From the NCBI GenBank assembly GCA_013239625.1, contig MU053504.1, positions 124,001 through 186,000 of the forward strand: a stretch of 62,000 nt of DNA, given 5' to 3'. The notes beneath the pieces are model-generated. The model was given only the letters and a program-made list of their open reading frames with translations. It searched no databases and was not told the origin of the DNA. The stretch's first letter is position 1. Each line of letters starts with the position of its first letter. Source of the DNA: Lama guanicoe (Eukaryota). Shown here piece by piece: positions 49,842-62,000 of this stretch. Made by a program: the position numbers and the translations under genes.

Positions 49842-51054
49842 CTAGGACAGAGTGGGGGAAGTGAATGGAGGAGGTGAAAAGCCTGACTTCTGCCCCAACT
49901 CCCCCACCCCACCCCAGCCCCGGGGGCCACATGGAATAGTCAGCATCTCCAGGATTAGAGGTTAGACCCATGTGGAAACTTCCAGGCCACCCAACACAAG
50001 TGGGCCATTGAGGTTCCAGGGGGTCAAGGCTGGTGTAAGTCACCCTGAGTGTTAACAGCAGGACCCAGCATCCCAGCAGGAGAAACAGAAGAGATTCTGG
50101 TGCTGCACAAGCCTGGTTCAAATCCCAGTTCCACCTGTGAGACTGGTCCCTGAGTCTGTTTCCTCACCTGCGAAATGAGTCTGTGGGGCTGGGAGAATCT
50201 GGAGGAGCAGAGTGTGAAGGGCCTGGCCCTGGCTGTGGGCCCACCTGCTCTCATCTGCTGCCATTTCCTCCTGCCACGCCTCCAACCTCAGCCAGGAAAC
50301 TGGGCTGATGAGAGGGAGGCTTGGATCACGGCACTTGGATCATTGCAGGGTATGCTATACGACCTCGGTGACCCTTCCCCCTCTGGCCTCAGCTACCCTT
50401 GTCTATAATGTGAGGTTTACATGATCTGGGGATCCTGGTGGCCAGCTTGGAGACACTATGCTGGTGGCCTTCCGTGTGGGCCCTAGGTCTGGCCACTGAG
50501 GACACCATCCTTCATTTGAGGCCATTGCCCCTGGGGTCTCCCTGTCCACACTTCAGAACACCAAGGCAGGCTGCCCTCCCGGGTGAGAGCCGAGGGGCTG
50601 CCCCTCCTCTGAAGACTCTTCCTCAAGCCTCTTGGATTCTGAGACTTTAAGATTCTGTATTTCAGATTCTGAGCATCTCAGAGTCCAGAGATCTGTGGCC
50701 TCTTGTCTTGTTTCCCTAGAAATCTCCAGCTTCCTTCCACAGTTTTTAAACCCCAAGGGAGAAAAATTCAACTTTCTGGCAAACTGACATCTTCTGTCCA
50801 GCTCTTCCCCGGCTGGGGGAGGGGGTGGGCAGGCCTGGGGGAGGTGGAGGTGAGGGTTGGTGGGTGGGGGTGGGCAGGGCTGAGAGGCAGTGAGGACAGG
50901 CAGGGCAGAGGAGCAGAGGGACCTAAAGTTTTATGACCCCAAGCTGGGTGTTCTTCTGTGGGGTCTGAAGCTCCTGCATCAGAACCACTTAGGCTGCTTA
51001 CTGAAATAGATCTAGGCTGGCTCAGTCTTAATATCAGTTTGCCCAGCCATTCTT

Positions 51055-51208
51055 TGTTGTTGTTTTGTTTTGCTTTTTGTGTGGTGGGGAGGTAATTAGG
51101 TTTATCTATTTATTTTTAAATTTTTTTTTAATGGAGGTACTGAGGATTGAACCCAGGACCTTGTACATGCTAAGCAGGTGCTCTACCACTGAGCTCTATC
51201 CACCCCCA
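51055..51208 (-). mobile_element. Camelid SINE in a SLC52A3 intron
   Basis: Reverse SINE head and tail. Perfect TSD CAGCCATTCTT at 51044-51054 and 51209-51219. Confidence 0.92.
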
Positions 51209-51681
51209 CAGCCATTCTTCTAGAATTGCAGCTGTAAGAGCAGGGCTGAAATCCTGGGAATTAGACCAGAGCAAACCCTTTCTCCGAGCCTCAGGGTTTC
51301 CGTTTGTAAGTGGGAACCTCACTTCCTGCCTACTTGCTCCTTCTCACAGGCCCATGGCAGACACGTGCCAGGCACTCACAGCTCTAAATGCCGTCCCAAA
51401 TTAGCTCGTCTCATGCTCCTAGCAACCTAGGAAGAAGAACTATCATTATCCTCATTTTCCAGATTAGATTCCTGAGGCACGGAGAGGTAGAGTGACTTGT
51501 CCAGTGACACAGAGCTAGTGAGTGGCAGAGCCAGGATTTGAACCCAGGCAGCTGAGCCCCAGAAATCACATTCTTAACCACTACACATTCCAGCCTGATA
51601 GGCGGGTGTGGAATTTGGGGGTTCTGACATGAGGTGTGTGCACCCTCAAACAGTGCTCTCCAGGGCCAGCTGGTGGTTGAC

Positions 51682-52187
51682 CTGTTTGGCAGAAACATGG
51701 AGAGGAAGCAGGCGAGGGGGTTGGCCATGGAGCTGAGGGTGGCGGACAGGTGGTAGGCCACAGGCCCGTAGGACAGGCAGGAGTAGGTCTGCACGGAGGG
51801 TAGCACGCCGTTGGTGAGCGCGTTCACAAAGGCCACCAGGATGTAGATGAAGATCAGGTGGGCCGGGTGGCGGGGAGCCGCCTTCTCCTTCAGATGCTCC
51901 CGGTCCTGGCTGCTGTCCTCGGGGCCTGGGAGGCCCAGGCCCTTCCCTTCCCGCAGCTGGATGGAGTGTAGGGTGACCTGAGAGGTCAGGAGGTCTTCTA
52001 CGGAGGCTTCCCAGCGCCCAGGTTGACGCTGGAGGAAAAAGAAAGCCACGAGGCAGCAGGCCATCATGAAGGCGAGCAGGAGGAAGAAGACCAAGGGCGA
52101 GAAGTTGGCGGGGAGGTAGCGGCTTTCCAGATGGAGCAAGGCAGGTGCCGTCCCAGCGAGGTCGGGCATCACAGTGCTGTTAGCTCC
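51682..52187 (-). CDS. SLC52A3: SLC52A3 second coding exon (506 nt; GANSTVMPD...SMFLPNR)
   Basis: Acceptor tcttccggcag|GGA. The exon encodes [20 protein letters not shown]...[30 protein letters not shown], the conserved SLC52 core. Donor AG|GTCAAC, phase 2. Confidence 0.97.
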
Positions 52188-52313
52188 CTGCCGGAAGACA
52201 AAACAAGGGTCCGTCAGATCCCGGGGTGATGTCAGGACATAGGTTATTAATAACTAATCATTAATAAATAAAATAATTATTTAATGTGATAATTATCATT
52301 AATAATGATAATA

Positions 52314-52672
52314 TAGGCACATCTTGCTTTATCTTGCTTCACAAATACTGCTTTTTTGTTTTAAACAAGGTGAGGGTTAGTGGCAACTCTGCGTCGAGCA
52401 AGTCTCTCAGCACCATTTTTCCAACAGCGTCTGCTCACTTCGTGTCTCTGTGTCACAAGAATTTAGTAATTCTTCCAATATTTCAAACTCTCCACCAGCA
52501 AAAAAAATTTTTTAGACATAGTGTTACCGTGCACTTAATAGACTACAGTCTAGTGTAAAGATAACTTGAATATGCTCTGAGAAACCAAAACATTCCTGTG
52601 ACTCTTCATTGTGATATTTGCTTTGCTGCGGTGGTCTGGAATGGAACCCACAGTATCTCTGAGGTGTGCCTG
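52314..52672 (+). mobile_element. Internally deleted Tigger1-type (TcMar) DNA transposon
   Basis: Terminal inverted repeats (t)aggcacatct / gaggtgtgcctg with flanking TA dinucleotides. Internal Tigger1 strings include gcaactctgcgtcgagcaagtct and gcacttaatagactacagt. Confidence 0.85.
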
Positions 52673-53327
52673 TATACAATAAATATCAGGCATTTTTATT
52701 AACAGATGAGTGATGGATCATGTCTGCACAACTACTAAGGTGATGATAATAAATGCTCCCATTGAGCGATGGCTCGCTGGGCACCAGCCCTTTGCCTGTG
52801 TCGGCTCAGTGTTCCTTCTAACAGCCCCACGCAGTGGGGACCACTATCCCTGGCTTCAGAGGGAACCGAAGTGTCAGAACCACGCATCTTACCCGAGGGT
52901 CACAGGGAGTATGTGGCGAAGCTAATCCGCTTGGTTCTGACTCAGAAGCTACACCTTTCCCACTAGTAGAGAGAAACGGCCTCCAGGACTGGCAACCACA
53001 AATATATTCAGAGAAGGGGTTGGCTGGAGACTGCCCAGCGGGAGAGCCGCTCCATCCAAAGGTGTCCTGGGGCTGCTCTCCCCAAGAGACACCATACACC
53101 TAGATTTATGTATGTGAAATTTCAAAAAAAAAATTAAATGTCATCAACTAATTCAAACTCTCAAAAAAAAAAAAAGAAAAGCTTGCAGGCACTGGTGATG
53201 TGGGCCACTGGTTTGCAATCGCTGCTGTACTCCATGCTTTGGATACTACCAGATGTATATAAATTGTTCAGTATCCAGTGAGAGACGTTTGATGTTGTAA
53301 CAATACAAGATATTGAAGCAACATCTA

Positions 53328-53620
53328 GACTATGGTTCTCAGCCTTGGCTGCACAGTAGCGGCACCTGGCGAATTTTCAATAAATACAAGTTCACCATCC
53401 CTTATCTGCAGTTCTGAAATCCAACAAGCTCTGGAAGTCAGAATGTTTTCGTGACTCAGTTGGCAGCAACACATGAACACTTGAATGGGACGTGAACACC
53501 TCTGGGCTGTGGGGACGGCTGTGTCACAGACTCTGTCGCACACTTAGGGTAAGCGTGTTCTAAAATCTGAAAGTCCAGGTTCCAAAACACAGCTGACCCC
53601 AAGGATTTCAGAAAAGCTTC
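53328..53620. mobile_element. MER5-like end followed by a Tigger4/MER46-like DNA element
   Basis: ggttctcagccttggctgcaca; catcccttatctgcagttctgaaatccaa...ctaaaatctgaaa...cccaaggatttcaga. Confidence 0.5.
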
Positions 53621-53780
53621 ACTCTGGTTGTGTGGGGGGCCCGCAGCTCCCCCTAGGTGATCTGTAGCTCAACTAGGTCAAGAATCCTGATCTACTCAAC
53701 ATCTAGGAAACATGAGCCCTCTGTGTGATCTTGCTTGTGACCTAGGACAGAGTGCAGTGGCTCTGGGTAATGCCAGGTAC

Positions 53781-54347
53781 CTGTGGGATGTCCATGTTCC
53801 TGGTGGTCTCAGCGCTCGGGGTGGTGTCTGAGGTCTCAGTGACGTTAACACAGGTGGTGAGACCGGAGCCCTGGGCGAGAGCCACCAGGGCAGGCAGGAG
53901 GCCACTGAGTCCTTCACCCACAAAGAAAGTGGTGAGGTAGTGGGTGGGCAGCCTGCTCATGAAAGGCAGGAAGGTGACAGAGGAGGTGCAGTCCACTAGG
54001 GCCAGGAAGAAGGTGAGGACCAGGAAGGCAATGCTGTGGTGGCCGCCTAGGGCCCAGGAGGTGACGTTCCAGAGGAAGGCGAAGAGGATGCAGGCGATGG
54101 TCCCCACGCTCAGCACAGTGAAGATGACAGGCACCTCGGAAAGACAGCCAGGCCGGAAGTGATGGAGGAGGGTTACCAGCAGGGGGCCGATGTTGGCCAG
54201 CTGGATGACCACTGTGAGGTAGGAAGGCAGGTACCAGCCCTCGGGCAGTTCCGTCACCAGCAGGGGCAGCTCTACCCAGAGTCCATTGATGGCCACCCAG
54301 GAGCCCATCCCGAAGGTGCAGACCAGCAGGTGTATCAAGAAGGCCAT
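53781..54347 (-). CDS. SLC52A3: SLC52A3 (RFVT3 riboflavin transporter) first coding exon, codons 1-189
   Basis: The [47 protein letters not shown]... matches the SLC52A3 N-terminus as I recall it. The ATG lies in a strong Kozak context (atcACCATGG). The acceptor ctgcag|G opens the exon at 54396 (49 nt of 5'UTR), and the donor CAG|GTACCT follows 53781. Coding length is 567 nt, phase 0. Confidence 0.98.
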
Positions 54348-54704
54348 GGTGATGACGCCTGTCCTGGGCCTGAGGCTACCACCTCCGTAGGTCAGCCTGC
54401 AGTATGGTTGATGGAGAAAAATACCAGGTGAGCAATGTCAGGTTCGCCATCTAGCCAAAGCTTACGCTTCTGGGCCCAGGGTTTTCTCTTATCATTTTCC
54501 TCCTCATGAACAAGTTGGCTTTTTATTAGCCTTAAACATGGACAAATTCCTTTATAACTAACCTTCCAGTGCAGAAGGCTTTCCTAATTGTGACTCATAT
54601 ATCCAGAGACTGCAAGAGAAAATTTTGATACATTCAACCGCATAGATGTTAGAACACACAAAAACAAACAAACAAAACACCTTCTGCAAAAAAATAACCC
54701 CAAA

Positions 54705-54890
54705 AAAAGACCTATCGTATAGCACGGGGATCTATATTCAATTTCTCATGATGAGTTGTAATGGAAAAGAACCTGAAAAAAAATATATGTATGTATATGT
54801 ATAACTGAATTGCTTTGTCGTACACCTGAGACTAACACTGTGAATTGACTACATGTCAATAAAAAATAAGAATTAAGAGTAAAAAAAAGT
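54705..54890 (+). mobile_element. Lineage-specific L1 3' end within older L1 sequence (about 54540-55570) in SLC52A3 intron 1
   Basis: gacctatcgtatagcacggggatctatattcaat...ataactgaattgctttgtcgtacacctgagactaacac...caataaaaaa. Confidence 0.75.
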
Positions 54891-55745
54891 AACAAAAAAC
54901 ACCAAGATTAAAAGACAGATGTCATCCTAGGGGAAAATACTGCAATGTAAACCACAGACAAAGGGTTCATCTTCCTAATATATAAAGAGTTTTTAGAAGG
55001 TAAGAATAAAAAGACCCAATAGAGGAGTAGGAACAGGATATGAACAGTCCAGAGAAATAAGGACAAAGAAGCCTTAGGCACATGAAAAGATTATCACCTT
55101 CAATCACCACGGGAAATATCAATTAACAGTGACTGCAAGGTGCCATTTCTCACCGCAAGATTGTCCCGAAGCTAAAGGTTACTGCCCTGGACAAAACGAC
55201 ATATGTACGAGGCTATTATTCCTTGCTGGCAGTAGCAGAATATGGGAGACGACCCCAGTGCCTGTCCACAGAAGAAGGATGGCTGCCTGTTGGAATAGCA
55301 TATACTTGCTAAAAGGAAGGAAGGCTGCAGGCTTGCTCACTGGCTGATAAGCAAGGGCCTGGCCTCAAGGCGAAGCTGATAAGTGAACAACATCCAGCTG
55401 GACAGTGCACTGCCTTTTGGACACAGGGGAGAAGGAGGAGGAATATGTTCTCTTTGTATTTGCACAAAGCAACCCTTGAAGGACACATAGAAACTGCTGG
55501 GGTGTGTGAGGCACCTCAGCGTAGATCTTTTTATACAGTTTTGATTCGTGAACCATGTTACAATATGGTTGCCTGATACAAAATTCCAGTCTGGCGTTTT
55601 TCTCCTGAAATGAGAGAGATGGACAGGCTCTTGGAGAAACCACCTAACTGGAGCCATTCTGAGATCTGTAGACCACCTTCCCAGTTACCTGTGTCATACA
55701 CCTGTGCTGTTACCCACAGTCTAAGCAAAAATATTGGAGAAACTT

Positions 55746-56213
55746 TGTCAACCAGAAAAAAAAAAAGGCACAACATAAGAGCAGTGAGTTTCAGTTTTAT
55801 TTGGGGACATTACTGAGGACTATAGCCTGGGAGACAGCCTCTCAGTTAACTCTGAGGCTTTGACAAGGTAGGGGTGGAGCCAGTATGTATATAAATTTTT
55901 TGGCTGGGCAAGTAGTAGGGCATGTATCTTGGTAAAAGATTACTGCTAATCACAAAAACGAAAACAAAAACCCCAGCTGTCTCAGGCTAATGATTTTAGT
56001 GCTCTTCTATGTCTGGGAAGATGCAAGATTCTGGGGTCGTTGAAATTCTTCTTTAGATAGGCATCTTAACAATATAAGGGCTGTCTGTCCAAAACGTAGC
56101 ATGCTTCATGCTGTTTTTCCATCCTGAATTCCCCTCAGGGGGTCGACTGCTGTGGACTGCAACTTGATCCTTGTAGGAATGGAATGGCCAGTGGGCAACA
56201 TTCTTTGTTAACA
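55746..56213 (-). mobile_element. Solo ERV1-type LTR in the same orientation as SLC52A3
   Basis: TG...CA termini (tgtcaacc...gttaaca), near-TSD actt/gctt, and minus-strand AATAAA at 55796-55801. Confidence 0.75.
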
Positions 56214-56689
56214 GCTTTGGGTGCGACTCCCGGAGCCAGCTGCCTGGACTTGAACTAGCCCTGCCACTTAACTGAGTGATTTGGGGCAAGTGAGTTTGTC
56301 TCTCTGTGCCTCATTTCCCCACTCTGCAAATAGAAGACAATGAAAGCATAGGCCTCATGGTTTATAATGAGATGCAACATGTTAATGAGTTTCTGTTGTC
56401 ACCAGCAAGGCCTGGCGCACAGTAAGCAATCGCTAAGGGTGAGCTGTTACGGTTATGGGGCAATGCCAGATTTGGTGATAGTTATTTTTTCCCAATTTGC
56501 ATGAAAATTAACACAGGGCTATTCAAATTTAAAAAGGAAAAGAAAAGCTCCCCACCTGGTACCACTGGAAATCACTGGTGATACACGCACTATTTTGGAG
56601 AGAAATGCTGATTGGGCCAATCATCTTCCTTTACAACTGGGAAACAGGGTGGGGTCAGCAGGGGTGGAGTAGCTCTCCTGAGGCTGGTG

Positions 56690-56900
56690 ATGGGATCTGG
56701 GGCCGGTCCCAGCCAGCACTTGGCTCTGCCCACCCATCCCTGTGAGCGCGGACCCCTCAGTTCTGCTCGATCCACATATCAGCCTTAATCTCCCTGTCTC
56801 CCTTCTAAAACACACAGGGACTTCCCCTGTGGCTACGCCCCACCCAGGAAACTTCTCATACCCCAGTGGCTCCTCTCCAGGTTCCCTGACACAGAACTGA
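56690..56900 (-). promoter_or_regulatory. Candidate SLC52A3 promoter / non-coding exon 1 region
   Basis: Unique sequence about 2.4 kb upstream of the first coding exon, with an NF-kB site GGGACTTCCC (56817-56826) and a KLF/Sp box ACGCCCCACCC (56835-56845). The exact TSS and exon-1 donor cannot be fixed. Candidate donors lie near 56554, 56733 and 57170. Confidence 0.45.
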
Positions 56901-58639
56901 CTCTCACATCCCAGGCTCCCTTCCTCCTTCTTCCTCTGAGGGAACCTAATCCTCCTTCCTCTCCGGGAGGCGTGGGAGCAGAATGCAGCCCGACCTGCTT
57001 TCAGCCTCCTGTCTGGGGGCCCCAGGCGAGCCCTAAGCTCTGTTTCCTCACCTGTGAAACTGGCCCAACAAACAGCCCAGGACAGACCTGGCCCTGGGCA
57101 TGCCCAGGGGACTCAGAAGAGAGGGCAAGCTCCGGGCAGCTTCAGCCCGCTGAGCTGCCCCTGCCCTCACCTGTGCAGCGCTGCTTGCCTGGGGCACCAC
57201 CTCCCTTCCCAGCTACATCCCAGCTTTCTGCAGGACCCCACCCCCCAGGAAACCTCCTCTGGCCACCCAGCCTGGACCCTTGGCCCCTCCATTTAAGGTT
57301 TTCCTGGTGTGGGTGAATGCTGGTACACTCCCAGGGGGACTGAAGCTCCTGGAGGGCAGGGACTGCTTGGGAATTGGGCAAGGACAGAGGACCAAGCTCC
57401 AGAGTTGTAAACTGGTAACTCACTAGCCACAGACAGCCAGGCAGCAGATGTGTTACTTTGATGTGCTGCATGTTGTAAATAATTATCGAAATACGCAAGT
57501 CAGGAAGGAGGTGCATACAAAACGCAGGATTTCTGGCTTCTTGGGAGTATTCTGGAAGACCACACCAGGCAGAAATCACCCTTGGCTCTCTTTAACATAG
57601 GGCACCTGCCTGGGCCCTTCAGGCTCTGCACACACTGATCAAGACCAGCCCTTATTTTTGAGAGAGGGTGTAACTTGCCCAGGATCCCTCACTAGCTGGG
57701 GGCAAAGCAGGGGCTGGGATCCAGACTTGGGCTTCTCTCTCAGCTCCAGCCACCTTACTGCTGTCTCTGGCAATAACATCTGGAGGCAGAATCCTGGGTT
57801 CAAATCCCGGCTTCAACCCTGCACAAATAACACCCTCTGGCGACTGATTTCTCTCCTGCAAAATGCAGAGGCTCCCAGTACCAACATCAGGGTTGTTATG
57901 CCCATAAATTTGCAAAATGCTAGCCTGGCACCTGACACATAGTAAGTGCTCAATAAACGTTAACAATCCTGATGACTTTCAATAGATACATCAATTGCAT
58001 TGGAAAACGCACAATGATCCCGCACATACTTCTGGATACCACAACACATAATTGCTGATGGCAAAATTTTGTCATCACCTCCTCCTAAACAATCAGCCAG
58101 GGATTATTAGGCACCTACTGTGTGCCCAGTGCTGTGAGGGATGCAAGCAGAAAAGCCACAGGGGCTGTCCCCAGAGAACAGTGTGAGGAAGAGATGTGTG
58201 GGCAGCAGACCCCAGATGCATCATAGCCAAGGCAGAGGAGGAGTTGAAGGTGGAGGGCAGAGGGCAGCGGCTGGAAATGCACGGAGAGGCAGGGTTTCCC
58301 ACCTTACCTTGGCTGAGGCAGGTAACTCAATGGCTGCAAAACGGTGGCAGTCTCGTCCCAGAGGATCAGTGGAATGGAGGAAGGAGAGGACCTTTTTCAA
58401 AGGTGATAGTTCCATGCAGCTTCTTGATTGCCCATTGTACTGTCCAAAAAGACACAGAAACGGGTGCTGGCTGCCCACTCCCACCTGAGACCAGGATCCG
58501 GTATAAAGCAGGCAGAATCTCACTGAAAAAAAGCCGACCCACATCAACTCAGGTAGAGTTCTGCCTCGAATTGGTGAAACAATACGGAAGGAAAGAAAAA
58601 GCAGAGCATTGTATGATATCCCAAGGTCAAGTCTACTAG

Positions 58640-59095
58640 CTGCTTCCCACTAGCTACTCTTCCCTTTTTCCTTAGTTATTATTGAGACCAGATTTTTGGT
58701 TGGGCAAATGGCCACTGGGTTAAAGAACTACATTTCCCAATCTCTCTTGCAGCTGGATATGGACATCCAATCAAGATCAGGCCATTGAGTTTGTAAGGGA
58801 CTTTGAGAAGTCTTCTTAAAGGGAGTGTGCTCCTTTGCTCTTCCTCCATCCTGCTGTCTAGAACTCAGATGTGATGGCAGGAACGCCAGCAGCCATGCTG
58901 CACTATAGCAGATGGCGTGGGAACTAGATGGAGACCAGACTCCTCAGGACTTCGTGACAGAGAGTCGCCACACCAGCCCTGTTCTCCCTGCCACTAGACT
59001 ATTTTGTTTATTTATTTAATGTTGTTAAATTATAAATAAGCTTCTATCTTGTTGAAGTTATCTTTAATCTTATTTTATAAATAGCAAAACACTGG
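58640..59095 (+). mobile_element. MLT1J-like MaLR LTR
   Basis: aagaactacatttcccaatctctcttgcagct...gatgtgatggcaggaacgccagcagccatg...aaataagcttctatcttgttgaag. Confidence 0.65.
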
Positions 59096-62000
59096 CCAAA
59101 TGTATAGAGATAAATGTTCAAGGATGTATATTGACCAGTGATAGTAACCAGAAACTGAATATATTTATCTCATTTACTATTAATGTCCTGACTCAGAAAC
59201 TTAGGTCCTGCCCCAGTTAGGATCTGATCAAAGACCGAAATCAAACAAAATTAGTTGTTGAGACACTCCTTAAAGGGATACCAAAAGGAAAAGGTTAGGA
59301 GTAAATTTAGGGGTAAAGGTCTTCCAGAAAAGTGCAGAGAGAGACAGAAAAAGGGAGAGAGAGCTCTCAATATGGAATTTTATGGCAAAAGTTAAAAATG
59401 TGAACTGAGATCCAGATTCACTTCATATTGATAAAGACTAATTCCTAATGTGGTCAAAACAGTGGTGAATATCTATGTTCTGAATAGCACTCTCCAGAAA
59501 CCACAGACTTGCGGGGGGAAACAGGGAGAAGCACAGTCAATGGTGGGGTGTTGACTCACTGTTCCAGGACTTGACAGCAGAAGAAGGTATAAAATAAACA
59601 AGGATATAGAGGGGGCAATAAATTATATGCCTATTAAGGAGGAATAAGTAAGTAATTAAAGGGAGGAGGTGAATTTGCCGAAGATGGTTACCTTTATCAC
59701 CTGAAAAGCTATTAAACTGTGAGCTCAGCAAGGTGGCCAGTTACACATTTACAAATATGTAACTTTCCTGCATAGAATGAATTAGAAAGTAAGACTTCTA
59801 CTGGGTAGTTATTTGGGGAAAATAGATAAACCTGGATCCCCCTCTTCCCTCCTGTCCAGTCCCTCACCTCACCAAAAGAAAAGAATCAATTTCTGCTGGA
59901 TCAAATGCTTAAATATTAATTCAAAAAATCATAAAAATACCACAAAGAACATACAGGCAGACAGGACAGCTTGTGCAAGTGTCCTGGGGGCAGGAATGAG
60001 CTTAGGCCAGTATGGCTGGAGCCCTGGACTTAACGGGAAGAAGGCAGACAGGGGAGGTAAGGAATTTGAATTTCATTTATGTGCAATGGGCCACATGCAC
60101 TGAGAGCCTAAATCCCCACCCCCCACAGAGCTGAGTTCTCTGGGTCCTAATGCAGGTGCCACCAGAGCTGCCTAGTTTGAGGGAAGTGATTTGGCTCTGC
60201 AAGTCTCTGCTTCCTCGTCTGTAAAAGTCACGATGGGGGCATGGCCCAGTGTGACCCACATCCTTTATGGCTCTCGTGTCTTGGCTTCCTCCCAGCCAGC
60301 CACACCAAGTGCCATGTGCTCCTGGACCTTGGTGCATAGCCATTAATGACAGTGAGTGGGGGGATGTCCTAGGCAGAGGGAGATACCTGTCAGAGAGCTA
60401 AGGAGTGGCTCAGAGTGTGTTAGGGATTTTTTTTTTAAAGTGCCTCTGTTTTCTTTTTTTCTATAGTGAACTTGCAGTTCTTGTTCACTCATTTACCCAG
60501 TATTTATTGGGTTCTTGCTGTGTGTTAGACACAGTCTCTGCTCTCAGTAAAGTGTGAGAAGAAACAGTCATTCAGCAAAGTAGAAACACGGAACAAGTCA
60601 GCAGTGATAAGGGCTGTGGAGGGAAGCGAAGCTGGTGATCCAGGAGGGTGGCTGTGATTGACACGGGGTTGTCGGAGGGAACTTGAAGGAAGCCAGGGAG
60701 TAAGCCGTGTCAGGGGAAAGAATAGTGCAGGGGTGGGTGGGGGAGGGGACAGCAAGTGCAAAGGCCCTGGGGTGGGGCCTCACCTGCCTTGCCCCAGAAA
60801 CAGGTCTTGGTTTTGAAAGAAACAGCCAGGAGGCCAGCGCGGCTGCAGCAGTTCCAGTGCGGAGGAGACCTGCAGGAGTTTGGGAGTTTTCTCCAAGCCA
60901 AAATCTCCATTTCTGGCAGAGATGGGACCAACTCTACTTTAGTTTTTAAAAGAATCATGCTGGCTGTTGTGAGGAGAATAATGAGGGGCCAACAAGGAAG
61001 CCCAAGGAAAACCTGTTAACCCATTAGGAAGCTGATGTGGTAATCCCACAGAAAAGACAATAACAATAAAACAGCTACAACAGTGGCTGCCATTTCTTGC
61101 TGCTGGTCTTGCCAGGCTCTGTGCTAAACACTTTACACACATTCTCCATCAGATCCTCTCAACAGTCCTGCTCTAGGAATTACAACTATCCCCATTTTAT
61201 AGATGAGAAAACTGAGGCTCAGAGAGGGCAAGTCATTTGCTGGAGGTCACACAGCTGGTCATCTGGGAGCTGAGGTTTAAGCCCAGGCCTATCGGGCTGT
61301 GGACCCAGCCCTCTTAACTAGCCTGGGGGTGAAGGGGTCAGGAAGGGGCTGCAGGGGCCACACTGAGCAGGAGGCTTCTTTCCCACTGACCTGAAGCCTC
61401 CCCAGCACTGGGCTGGGAAGGGGAGAAATGGGGTTCAGGCCCTGGACAACCGGAGAGAGACTCTGAGACAAATCTGCTTCCTGGGCCCCTTCAGCAATGG
61501 TGGGAGACCAGAAACCTAAGGCTTTGAGTGAGACACTTGAGACGTTCCCACAGCAGATGGGCCAACAGACAGGGAAGCCAGAAGGACAGCCTCAGGCAAA
61601 GGCGTCCCTTTCTTTGCCATTCTTGTGTCAGAAGCTGAGTCCCAGGCCCAAGGGAGTGAAGGCAGTAGGGGGTGAGGGGCCAGGGCACCCTCAGTGTGTG
61701 GGCTGGGCCATCTCCTCCCCAACCAGGCCGGAAGGGCTTGGTCCAGCCTTGACCATCAGAGCCCACCCCTCCAGCCCTGGCTTTCTCTCTCACGCTGTGT
61801 TTTCTCCCTTTACAGTACCATTCATTGGGCATCAGCTTGGTTACGGGAGTTTATCTGTGTCTATCTGTTGAGCGCTGCTCTCCCACGAAAGCCCAGCCCT
61901 GTCCTCTCTCCCAGCGTCCAGATGGCCACCTCGTTTGCCAAGGCCTGGGCCACCTGATGGAGCCTGCTTCGGCCGTGTGGGTTAAGTTGGCCAGGGTGGC

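Noticed and set aside
50628..50700. Periodic GATTCTG units (similar degenerate array at about 17835-17945) resembling a repeat-spacer array
   Set aside because: Short degenerate tandem repeats with 14-16 bp period in a mammalian genome. They lack CRISPR-like repeat/spacer geometry, and no cas genes are present.
53640..53660. Weak CTCF-like motif in a SLC52A3 intron (also about 38339 and 23025)
   Set aside because: Several mismatches at high-information positions, so it cannot be supported without ChIP data.
58196..58639. 147-aa ORF upstream of SLC52A3
   Set aside because: No recognisable homology, flanked by L2/MLT/L1 debris, and no poly(A) or TSD to support a retrocopy.

Overview
Mammalian genomic DNA, most likely a camelid (Camelus or Vicugna), judged from tRNA-derived Vic-1-type SINEs with the GTAAACCTAATTACCTCCCC tail. 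There is one supportable protein-coding gene: SLC52A3 (riboflavin transporter RFVT3) on the minus strand. It has four coding exons (567+506+124+213 = 1410 nt, 469 aa), canonical GT-AG introns, tandem poly(A) signals near 47.9-48.0 kb and a candidate promoter near 56.8 kb. Positions 1 to about 47 kb contain no credible coding gene. They are rich in repeats (L1, L2, MIR, MaLR and ERV solo LTRs, Tigger and MER DNA elements) and hold islands of unique regulatory-looking sequence: a helically phased POU-octamer array at 13.6 kb, two orphan CpG islands (15.3-16.3 kb and 32.4-33.0 kb) and a near-consensus CTCF site at 32.93 kb. By human synteny (SCRT2-SLC52A3-FAM110A) this is probably the upstream regulatory territory of the neural gene SCRT2, which is not in the window. 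I found no convincing wholly new biological system. The best leads are cis-regulatory and splicing or polyadenylation observations. Repeat family names and most repeat boundaries come from pattern recognition and are approximate.
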